A stretch of 64,000 nucleotides of DNA from Gemmatimonadota bacterium (GTDB taxonomy: Bacteria; Gemmatimonadota; Gemmatimonadetes; Gemmatimonadales; GWC2-71-9), in NCBI GenBank assembly GCA_036679605.1, contig JAZDCZ010000011.1:32001-96000 (forward strand), given 5' to 3'. Positions 21,004-29,914 of the stretch are shown here, in pieces (the stretch's first letter is position 1; each line of letters begins with the position of its first letter). The position numbers were made by a program, and so were the translations under genes. The notes beneath the pieces are model-generated. The model was given only the letters and a program-made list of their open reading frames with translations. It was not told the origin of the DNA and searched no databases.

Positions 21004-21512
21004 ATGAGACCGCTGAATCTGTTCAGGAGAATCGCAGTCGCGGTAGGACTTGCGATCGTCCTTGCGGCCGCGGCGCCGGAGGGCGTTCTGGCGCTGTGGC
21101 GGCGGTGGGTTCCGACATCCTGCCGACCTGGTTGGCGGGGCACTGGGAGGGATCGGGCTTCGGCGGTGTGGTCGAGGAGACGTGGACACCTCCTAGTGGC
21201 GAGACGATGCTAGGCACGTTCCGTCTGAGTGTTGGGGGCAGAGCACAGCTCTTCGAGTTTATGGTGCTGTCCGTCGAGGACGGACAGCCCGTAATCCGCG
21301 TAAAGCATTTCAATGCCGACGGGTCTCCGTGGGAGGACCGCGACGAGTGGGTCATGTTTCCGTTCGAGAGGTCCTCGGAGCATGCGATCTTTTTCGGAGG
21401 CCTCACCTACGAGCTGTTGGGCGACGACCGACTGCGGGTGGCAGTGTCGGTCGGGCATGCCGATGGAACAGCCGAGGTTGCGGAACTGCGCTTGCGAAAG
21501 GTCACGCCCTGA
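21004..21512 (+). CDS. DUF6265-like protein; signal peptide (21004) out of frame with the body (21096-21512)
   Basis: WLAGHWEG..GGVVEETWTPPSGETMLGTFR, RVKHFNADG..WE. Confidence 0.7.
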
Positions 21513-21528
21513 TGACTCAGGAGGCTGC

Positions 21529-22101
21529 ATGCATAGTCAACCTGTTCACGCGCCCGACGGGCTCGGGTCAGCTCACCCCACAGACGCCATTGTGAGCATC
21601 ATCGGTGTCCTGTTTCTATTCCTCACTCCCGGTCTCTCGGCCCAAGGCAGGGGGGCGAACCCCGACGATGTCGGATCGATCGATGGGATCATTGCTGCCT
21701 TCTATGATGTAATCTCAGTGGAGGCCGGCGAGAAGCCGGATTGGACTCGGGACAGTACGCTCTATCTTCCGGGCGTCCGGTTCGTGCCGCTGCGACGGAC
21801 GCCCGAGGGCACGAGGGTCGCGAACGTGATAAGCCACGCGCAGTTCGCGGCGAGTTCCGAAGGGTTCTTGGCGCAGGGGTTCGTCGAGCGGGAGATTCAC
21901 CGGGTGACCCAACGATTCGGTGATCTCGCGCATGTGTTCAGCACGTACGAATACCGCAGGACCCTCGACACGCCAGTCCTCGGTCGGGGGATCAATAGCA
22001 TACACCTCTTCTTCGACGGCGACCGATGGTGGATCACGGGAGCCACCTGGATGGACGAGTCGCCCGAGCAACCCATCCCGGAGGAATACCTGCCGCAGTG
22101 A
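21529..22101 (+). CDS. Secreted NTF2-like fold protein
   Basis: DVGSIDGIIAAFYDVIS, GFVEREI, FGDLAHVFSTYE, RGINSI.LF.DG.RWWI. Confidence 0.8.
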   Translation: MHSQPVHAPDGLGSAHPTDAIVSIIGVLFLFLTPGLSAQGRGANPDDVGSIDGIIAAFYDVISVEAGEKPDWTRDSTLYLPGVRFVPLRRTPEGTRVANVISHAQFAASSEGFLAQGFVEREIHRVTQRFGDLAHVFSTYEYRRTLDTPVLGRGINSIHLFFDGDRWWITGATWMDESPEQPIPEEYLPQ

Positions 22102-22205
22102 GAACGACCCGAATCAAGCAAGCGAGCCTGCACCTAGTCTCTGTCTCGGCTAGTGCGCCCGGTGACTTAGACGCACGGCCCGAGCGTTTGATTGCGGCGT
22201 CGACG
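22099..22205 (+). other. Candidate degenerate attC site
   Basis: Left arm GAGAACGACCCGAATCAAGC..CGAGCC pairs with GGCCCG..GTTTGATTGCGGCGTC; overlaps the stop codon. Confidence 0.4.
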
Positions 22206-22358
22206 TGCGGTCACGTCTCGGAAGGTCGGCGACACGCGACCCCAATTGGCATCCCTGAATGGAACGAAGATTGGAATCTTGAGCCGGTGAAGTCCTCGAG
22301 CGGCACGGCTAGCGGATCCCGGCCGATTTTTCCCTGGTAAGGAGTCGCCTCCGCTACC

Positions 22359-22742
22359 ATGAATCACGCTAGGTACGTGGTTGCATTCCGCGCTGTGGAC
22401 GGGGCGGGCGGCTTCGACATCGGAGAACCGGCCCAACACCTGGACGGTCGATGTCGCGAGTCCCGGACGGGTCAAGACACTGGGTATCGACGGGCCGACC
22501 TGGTGGCGGCTCTGTCAGAGGCGGCCGGCACCGACCTGGAGGCACTCTATGTCGACCTCGTCGAGACCGCAGGCGTGCTTGACTACGACGCCCTGCTACG
22601 CGGTAGCGGCCTTGCGGTCCGCCAGACGGACGAATCGAGCTACCAGCTGGTGATCACGGAGCCTTCAGGCCGGTCCCTGCTTGAGGCCATAACCGCTCCC
22701 GTGTCAGCCGCGTTTCCCGACCCTATCGGTAACCGGCGGTGA
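22359..22742 (+). pseudogene. Internally deleted M61-like aminopeptidase relic
   Basis: N-terminal-like NHARYVVAFRAVD / NTWTVD joined to C-terminal-like GYRRADLVAALSEAAGTDL..LDY. Confidence 0.45.
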
Positions 22743-22867
22743 AGCGAATGAGAATACCGGGCGACCGGAAACCCTCTGCGCAAAAATGCGAGTCGTGGTC
22801 GAGTTTGGCGCGTGCGATGAACTAGGACGCACCGAAACTATAGACCGTGCGTCGTGAGCGACGCACG

Positions 22868-23059
22868 GTTGAGTGGCCACCCCAATGTTGCTGTGATTGG
22901 TCCCTTGCGGGTCACGGCGAACTGGAGAACTTGGTTCTCGAACTCTGGTTGTTTCGGTCAGGTCTGAGTTACGAGATACGAATGCCTGGGTTTCCGGAGG
23001 AGTGCGGTCGACGGCTTCGTGGGCGCTGATGATGCAGCTCCCACCGCACGCCTGGAAGC
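22868..23059 (+). repeat. ~190 bp direct repeat, copy 2, abutting an 11-bp perfect hairpin at 22844-22869
   Basis: Matches 20782-20973. Confidence 0.92.
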
Positions 23060-23556
23060 ACGCGCGGAGATCCTAAATTCAGCACGCGATGCAAGGGAGC
23101 TGGAAGAAATCTCCGAGGAGCTGTTTCAGGCGATAGCGCCATCCGTCCAGATATGGTCGCCATCCGAAACGCCTGCCGTCGCCCAAGGAGGCTGGCAACT
23201 GCATCAACTGGGAAGAGTGCTACTGTGGTCGGCCAGCAGTGTCAGGGCTGAGTACGGTGCGACCCACCGGCGTTGTTGCATGGCTCGGAACTGAGCCCAG
23301 GTGCGACGACGACGACGGGTTCAAGCATGTGACGCTCGGAGCTGGAGGGAAAGTCTCCTAATATCGTGTTCTCTAACGCCGCTCTTCGACAACGCGGTCA
23401 ACGGGATCATTTCCGGCATTTTCGCCGCGACCGGGCAGACGAGCATCGTATTGGTACACTGGGTAACAAACAGGTCCCTTCTGGGGTAACGAGTGCGTTA
23501 GCACACGTCGCGTTGACCGAAGTGATCGTTTAATAGAGACTCAAGCACGTGACCAT

Positions 23557-25956
23557 ATGAAACGAGGTGTAAGGATGAGCAGATTTCTTTACGTCGGAGC
23601 TATCACAATTCTCGCCACTACATCGCTCGAGGCGCAGCAGTTCGGTTCCTACGCCGCGATCCGCGATGGCGAGATTTTCATCAGCGAGCCGTTTAACCGC
23701 ACCGATGGAGCCACGGTTTACATCTACCGCCGTGCCGGGAGTGGTTGGGAGCAAACGGGCACCTTGAAGGCTCCGGATCACGAGGGCGGCGACTATTTTG
23801 GGCGGTTTGTCGCCCTGGACGACCGGTCGCTGATCATCGGGGGCACGCTCATGGATTCGAGTACGGGCTCCGCGTGGGCCTACCACCGGAACGGGGGTGA
23901 TTGGGAGTTGGTGGATATGATGCGACCGGATGACGTCGTGGCCGGCGATTCGTTCGGGCGCTTCGGGCTCCTGCACGGTAACCTCTTGTTTATGTCCGCC
24001 CTCGGACACAACGAAAGCCGCGGTGCGGTGTGGGTTTTCCATCGCGACGACAGCGGCAAGTGGACCCAAGAAGCCAAGCTAGCGCCGGACAGTGCTCAGC
24101 CGCAGGAATTTTTCGGCTGGTCGCTCGCATTTGACGGTGAGCGGCTTTTGACCGGCGCGATCCAATCGAGCCAGGAGTTGCAACGACGCGGTGCGGCATA
24201 TGTATTCAAACGCAACGGGCCAGGCGATTGGACCCAGGAGGCGAAACTCGCGCTCGATGACGAAGAGTCCAACCCGGGCGACTCGTTCGGCTTCGCGGTG
24301 GCCTGGCTCGACGGCAATGCCCTTGTTGGTGCGCCCGGTCGAGAAAATGGCACGGGCGAGGTGTTCACCTTCAGTCGACGGACAGGGGAGTGGGTCGCGG
24401 GCGTCACGCTGAGCGCCTCTGACCGAGTGCGCGGCAATCGGTTTGGAAGCAGCATTGTCTCGAGCGAGCGAGAGCTTTGGATCGGCGCGCCAAATGCGGA
24501 CGCATCGGGGCGCGTGTACAGCATCGAGTACGATGCCGAGACCGATCTTTTCGGGGACGTGAACAAACTAGCCGGATTGGACCGGGATGTCGGCGACGGA
24601 TTTGGTAATACGATCACGGTCGCCGGAAACCTCGCGGTCGTTGGTGCCACCAATGACGATTTTGGCCTCGGCTCCGCTGTCGTGTTAGAGCGGGCCGGTG
24701 GATCATGGAGTGCGGTCGAGAAATTGTTGGGCCCGACGCCCAAGGGTCTCGACCCGATCGTTGCCGACGAAGTCAAGTGTTCTGACGGTCAAGCCGACCA
24801 GTTCGAATGCAAGCAGGTCGACATTCTCTCCTTCCTGCCAGTCCAGGCGATCGGCGGCGGGCGTGGGGCCAATACGAATGACGTGTGGGGTTGGACCGAC
24901 CCGCAGTCGGGCAATGAATATGCGATCGTTGGTCGCACGGACGGCACTGCCTTCATCAACGTTACGAATGCGATGAATCCGGTTTACCTCGGTAATCTTC
25001 CGAAGACCCCGGGCTCCCGTGGGAACTTGTGGCGCGATATCAAGGTGTATGATAACCACGCCTTCATAGTGGCTGATGGTGCGGGGCAACATGGAATGCA
25101 GATTTTCGATCTCACTCGGTTGCGTAATGTCCCGAATGCTCCTGTAACGTTTGACATAGATGCGCGTTACGACGGCGTTGCCTCGGTGCACAACCTCGTT
25201 ATCAACGACAAAACGGGGTTTGCGTACGCAGTTGGTTCGAGCGGTGGCGGTGAGACATGTGGTGGCGGACTCCACATGATAGATATTCACAATCCGACCC
25301 AACCAGTATTTGTTGGCTGCTTCGCCGACACGACGACGGGTAGGCGCGGAACGGGGTACTCGCACGACGGCATGTGCATCGTTTACAACGGGCCCGACAC
25401 CGAGCACCTGGGCAAGGAGATCTGTTTCGGCTCGAACGAGAATGCGCTAGCGATTGCCGACGTCTCGGACAAGCAGAACCCCGTGGCGATTTCGTCCGCC
25501 GATTATCCCAACGTTGCGTATGCACACCAGGGGTGGATCAGCGAAGACCACAGATTCTTCTTCATGGGCGACGAGGGCGATGAATCTAACTCCGTTCAGG
25601 CCGGTCAGCCGATGTCCGGTAACAGAACACTCATCTGGGATATAGAGGATCTCGACGATCCGTTGATGGTGAAGGAACACTTCGGTGAGGCGTTCACGAT
25701 CGATCATAACCTGTACATCAAAGGAAACTTGATGTATCAGTCGAATTATACGAGCGGACTCAGGATCTTGGACATAAGCGAGCCCGAGAATCCGAAGGAA
25801 GTGGGTTTCCTCGACACCGTGCCGTGGAACGATGCAATGGGGTTCGACGGCTCGTGGAGCAACTACCCGTTCTTCGAGAGCGGCACGATCGTGGTTTCGA
25901 GCGGCAAGGAAGGTGTGTTCTTCCTCAAGTACCGGCCACTCATGATGGTGCCGTAG
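23557..25956 (+). CDS. Choice-of-anchor B family protein with N-terminal FG-GAP repeats
   Basis: Repeated D.FG.S motifs; NDVWGWTDP..EYAIVG, WRDIKVY, YAHQGW, IDHNLY, GSWSNYPFFESG. Confidence 0.9.
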   Translation: MKRGVRMSRFLYVGAITILATTSLEAQQFGSYAAIRDGEIFISEPFNRTDGATVYIYRRAGSGWEQTGTLKAPDHEGGDYFGRFVALDDRSLIIGGTLMDSSTGSAWAYHRNGGDWELVDMMRPDDVVAGDSFGRFGLLHGNLLFMSALGHNESRGAVWVFHRDDSGKWTQEAKLAPDSAQPQEFFGWSLAFDGERLLTGAIQSSQELQRRGAAYVFKRNGPGDWTQEAKLALDDEESNPGDSFGFAVAWLDGNALVGAPGRENGTGEVFTFSRRTGEWVAGVTLSASDRVRGNRFGSSIVSSERELWIGAPNADASGRVYSIEYDAETDLFGDVNKLAGLDRDVGDGFGNTITVAGNLAVVGATNDDFGLGSAVVLERAGGSWSAVEKLLGPTPKGLDPIVADEVKCSDGQADQFECKQVDILSFLPVQAIGGGRGANTNDVWGWTDPQSGNEYAIVGRTDGTAFINVTNAMNPVYLGNLPKTPGSRGNLWRDIKVYDNHAFIVADGAGQHGMQIFDLTRLRNVPNAPVTFDIDARYDGVASVHNLVINDKTGFAYAVGSSGGGETCGGGLHMIDIHNPTQPVFVGCFADTTTGRRGTGYSHDGMCIVYNGPDTEHLGKEICFGSNENALAIADVSDKQNPVAISSADYPNVAYAHQGWISEDHRFFFMGDEGDESNSVQAGQPMSGNRTLIWDIEDLDDPLMVKEHFGEAFTIDHNLYIKGNLMYQSNYTSGLRILDISEPENPKEVGFLDTVPWNDAMGFDGSWSNYPFFESGTIVVSSGKEGVFFLKYRPLMMVP

Positions 25957-26068
25957 CGACGGAATTTGGCAGGGTGCATTGCCGCGGATACAAAAAGGAA
26001 CTGGTCACGGTTCCAACATCATGCGCGAGATCGGGTGCGACATTCGGCATGTGGCGTGCTGCGGCGCC

Positions 26069-27781
26069 ATGATCCAACAACGGCGTTCACGGGGCATTGG
26101 TAGATCGAGTGTCGGAGCGGTCGCTTTGCTGAGTTCTGTTCTGGCATCCTGTCAGGGTGCTGATCGCCCGACGGGGCCGATGGGCAACTCCTGCCTGGAG
26201 ACAGCGGTCCCCGCTGTATTGTCGCTCGAAGTAGGTGCATCTCGGCGATTCGACGCCGACAGCGCTGAGTGCTTCATTCTCCGGCGTGATGGAGCTGGAT
26301 ATATCCTCACCGCAGTGAACCTCGGGGTGCCGGTCAGTAGCGACGCGCCGGTGGCGGATCGCCTCGCCTTCATTCGGCTGGAAGACCCAGGTAACGCCGC
26401 ATCGGCAATGCCAGCCAACGCGCCGTTCGTCGCCAGGCCGGCGAAGGCCTCGCTCATTGGAGCGGTCGAGCGTGAGAGGAGACCAGCGGACATCATGGAC
26501 AGGCCCGGCGCGTACGCGTCCGCCAGCGGCGCGCACAGCACCGCTGCCGTGAGTCGCGAAGAAATACAGAACCGTTTGAGCAGCGCACACGTTGACGATG
26601 CCGTCTGGATCCCCGATCGATGGAACGACCCGAGCGCCTGCAACGCATCGTCGACGTCGATCCCCGTGTTCGCGGTTGTTATCGTCGCGATCGACGGCAA
26701 CTCGGTTATCGCCGTGGACGTGCGTGTGCCGAATCTCGCCGAAGTGCTTGCGCCGGACGCGCGCGCTAAGTTGGAGCGCGTCGCCGCGACGTTGGACGCG
26801 GTGTACCTGCCGACGATGAGCGTAGTCATCTCTCGCACGTTTCAGCCAGCCGGAGGCGCAGGCGGGAGAATCGTCACGCTGCTGACCGGGATCACGTCCA
26901 ATATCGGCACGACGATCCTGTATCCCGAAGCGTTGCCTCGGTCGTGGTGTAGCGGGTCAATCGAGGTGTCGATCGCCGTGCTCCCAGCGAACGTTGGAGA
27001 AGCGACTGAAGCGCAAATCGCCGGAACGGCGATCCACGAGCACGCTCATGGCGCCGATTTCTGGGTTGGCCCGGAGATCAGCGCTCGCGCCCTCGGCACG
27101 ACGGGGTGGGCCACCGAAGCGCTGGCGACGACGGCGCAGGAACAGGCCGCGCGCATTCTGGCGGGTGCGCGGGCAGCCTTTAGCCAGGGTGCCGATGAGG
27201 CCGAGAGACTGCAAACGTTATGGCCGGCCACTCGCTGGCCCGGAACGCCGCGCCCCGAGTTTCAGCCCCTGTGGGGTGTGCACGCGGCACCCCCCGCGGC
27301 CTACGGCACCGACGGGCTGTTTCTGCTATCCGTTCGCGAGCAGCTCCACCAAACATGGCCGGGCGAGGGGAACGGATCGCGGCTCTACGAGCGCTTGGCG
27401 CCGACGGGTGATTGGTCGCTCGAGGCGATCGCCGATTTGACACAGACGGCACCGGCTGATCTGTACGACCGGTTCGTGCTCGCGGTGGCGATGGACGATC
27501 GTCTAGCGAGCGACGTCATACCGCCGACGCCGCTCCCGCAGTTCGCAACATGGGACAACAGTTGGCGGCGCGGCGACCTCCCCGATGAGGTGTGGCTGCC
27601 GTACGAATCGATCCTCGCGGTGATTCCGTTCGATTTTCCGCTCGACGTCGGAGCGGGGGCCTACGGCGTGTGGCGAATCAATGCATCGCCGGACGAAGCC
27701 GGCACAGGAGACCTTCGGCTGCGAGTGACGCCTGTGCCTGACCATCCGCCCTCGATCCTTCGGATAACACGCTACCGATGA
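26069..27781 (+). CDS. Hypothetical lipoprotein with gluzincin-like motif
   Basis: LASC lipobox; IHEHAH followed by WATEALA. Confidence 0.65.
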   Translation: MIQQRRSRGIGRSSVGAVALLSSVLASCQGADRPTGPMGNSCLETAVPAVLSLEVGASRRFDADSAECFILRRDGAGYILTAVNLGVPVSSDAPVADRLAFIRLEDPGNAASAMPANAPFVARPAKASLIGAVERERRPADIMDRPGAYASASGAHSTAAVSREEIQNRLSSAHVDDAVWIPDRWNDPSACNASSTSIPVFAVVIVAIDGNSVIAVDVRVPNLAEVLAPDARAKLERVAATLDAVYLPTMSVVISRTFQPAGGAGGRIVTLLTGITSNIGTTILYPEALPRSWCSGSIEVSIAVLPANVGEATEAQIAGTAIHEHAHGADFWVGPEISARALGTTGWATEALATTAQEQAARILAGARAAFSQGADEAERLQTLWPATRWPGTPRPEFQPLWGVHAAPPAAYGTDGLFLLSVREQLHQTWPGEGNGSRLYERLAPTGDWSLEAIADLTQTAPADLYDRFVLAVAMDDRLASDVIPPTPLPQFATWDNSWRRGDLPDEVWLPYESILAVIPFDFPLDVGAGAYGVWRINASPDEAGTGDLRLRVTPVPDHPPSILRITRYR

Positions 27782-27789
27782 CGCTCGGT

Positions 27790-28229
27790 CCAACCGCCAA
27801 CACTTCCTTGCGGGCTCATACCACTGCGCAGGAATTGGACCTCCTGGACCGTCGCGAGTTCATTCAGGCCTCCGCCGAGGACCTTTCGTCACTTGGCGAC
27901 GCTTCCGTTGACGCCGTCACGACACACTCCGTGCTTATCTACGTATCTGCGAAGCAGCAGGTGACCATCTTTCGTACGCACAGAGTGTTGGTTTCAGTGA
28001 GGTTCACCTGGAGTTCCGGGTTGATGTGCAGCATTTCAGCGAGAGTATGAGTTGGGATATCTATGTGAAGATCGCACCCAACTCGAACACCCCCACACCT
28101 GAGGAGGCGATGGACCAAGCGTTGAACGAAGAGGAGGCGAAAGAGTTTTCCGCATGCCTACAGCCACTCGGAGAGGGGGGCGGAAGTGCAATCCCAATGG
28201 CCGCGGTCTATCTATGGGCGGTCAAGTGA
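27790..28229 (+). pseudogene. Methyltransferase relic in two pieces
   Basis: EFIQASAEDLSSLGDASVDAVTTHSVLIYV then a C-terminal piece ending AVYLWAVK. Confidence 0.55.
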
Positions 28230-28790
28230 CTGATTTCACCTCGGTCCCCAAGTGCTGGAGATTCGGAGAACTACTTCCAAGATTGGTGGAGCCCGTGCCT
28301 CCCAAGATCAATCATGATCGACGAAGGTTGAGCACCGCCTGCTCATGGTTTCTCCCGATGCTTGCGGCTTTCTTCCTCTGGGCCTGCGACGGTTCCGATA
28401 GCGCGTCGCTGCCAGCGGATCCTCGTGTCATCCTGCAGGCGCATCTTTCCCATGGCATCGGCGAGAATCCGTTGGAATCACCACTTACCCAAGACTCTCT
28501 CGCCGCCGCGATGATCGTACGCGCCCGAGAATGCGCGCCAGCCGACCTGCTTCGGGGACTGGCTCCGGATACCGCCCACGGTGGTCGGCTACTTGAGCGG
28601 GTTCGCTCCGATGGGCTAATCGACATACGAGAGGGACAGGCATGCACCACCTTCCCAATTCTCGTCAACGAGGAGCAAGCAACGTACGCGATGGTGACAT
28701 ACGAGGTAGCGGAGGATGCTCTGAAAGTGCTGTCTTCAGACTTGATCGAACTTGCCGGACTGGTTGACGAGCGCGGTTGGAAGGAGTCAA
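28226..28790 (+). pseudogene. 5' part of a lipoprotein gene, truncated by the inverted duplication
   Basis: FLWAC lipobox; the frame runs into the duplicated segment at ~28787. Confidence 0.5.
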
Positions 28791-29262
28791 CGCCCGATCG
28801 GTGAGGGGAGCGGTTGTGCACGATGGTGATACCCGAACTGTCGGTGACCGTGGTATGCGGAGGCGTTTCGGGAGAATTGCTGCACGCGAGGGCGACGACG
28901 CCAACGGCCCACACGCACGGGAGCCTTCCGCCCGGAATGGTTGTCATTCCCAATCTCTTTAATCGCATCCAGGCCATCCGACGGGTGATTGAAGTCCCTA
29001 TGAAAGATGGGGGGATGGGGCAAGCGATGTGTGCACACACATCACTTTTCCCATGTCCGGACCGTCACGGGTACTGGGTTGATTCCTGGTAGCCCCACCG
29101 AAAGAGAGTCGCGCAGGACGAACCCATTTTCGACTCACGGCTTGAGGAACGCGTTAGTCCCTTGAGAAAATTGGCGTCACGCTCTAAAATCTCAAGGCAC
29201 CATTTCAAGAATCCCGGGGGGGACCAACCTATAGGACATCGGAGCACCGAGACCGGTGGTGG
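28787..29262 (-). repeat. Copy 2 of the inverted duplication (extra ~160 bp inside), containing dyad copy C at 29160-29197
   Basis: Encodes MTTIPGGRLPCVWAVGVVALACSNSPET..HRSGV, nearly identical to the 13581 gene. Confidence 0.9.
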
Positions 29263-29426
29263 TCGTCGCCCCAGGCAGCGGGTGGTGAAATGAGGTGGCC
29301 CCACTGTTACAAACACGGTTGCTCCCGGAGTTCAAACCGAGAAAGTAGAGACCGGGCGGTACTCTTGCCCGAGCGGATCCGAGCGAGCATCCCCGCTACT
29401 CGGCGCGTATAAGAGGGAGCGAATCA

Positions 29427-29831
29427 ATGCAGAGACTCATGCTCGCCATATTGGCCACGCTCGCGATCATGTACCTGGTCCCGTTCCCTATCTACGGTGG
29501 CCTGTCGATGGTCACCGACATCGAGCCCCCATCGCCGGAATCGCCTGGGCTATTCATGTTGAGTGTGTTGGTCGTTAAGGTAGGTGTCGCGGTTGGGTTT
29601 GTTCTGCTGTTCTATCTCGGTCGTAGTCGCTGGGTTGAAGAATGGAAGGTCTACTCAGGTGTGTGGTGGACGATGTTTGCGATCATGGAGATCGGCCAGG
29701 CGATCGTTCCGGACTACACGTGGCTCGACGCATTTGGGGGAATCATTGCTGAGGCCATCTACTTTCCTCTGTCCGCGGTGGTTGTTGCGCGACTCATTCG
29801 CCCTCTTGCCGATTCGAACGCTTCTGCTTAA
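29427..29831 (+). CDS. Small integral membrane protein
   Basis: 134 aa, four hydrophobic helices, GGAG upstream. Confidence 0.75.
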   Translation: MQRLMLAILATLAIMYLVPFPIYGGLSMVTDIEPPSPESPGLFMLSVLVVKVGVAVGFVLLFYLGRSRWVEEWKVYSGVWWTMFAIMEIGQAIVPDYTWLDAFGGIIAEAIYFPLSAVVVARLIRPLADSNASA

Positions 29832-29914
29832 CGGCAAGGCGGCCTTGATAAGCGGCCCCACGTGTTCAAGGCGGACCGCTAACCCGTAGTCGCGAACCAC
29901 AACCCACTAACTAG

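Noticed and set aside
22844..22940. Group II intron end (GTGCG on plus, ..CACTCAAC on minus)
   Set aside because: No domain V sequence and no reverse transcriptase
28986..29002. IS91/ISCR oriIS-like TTGAAGTCCCTAT
   Set aside because: Single short match with no Y2 transposase
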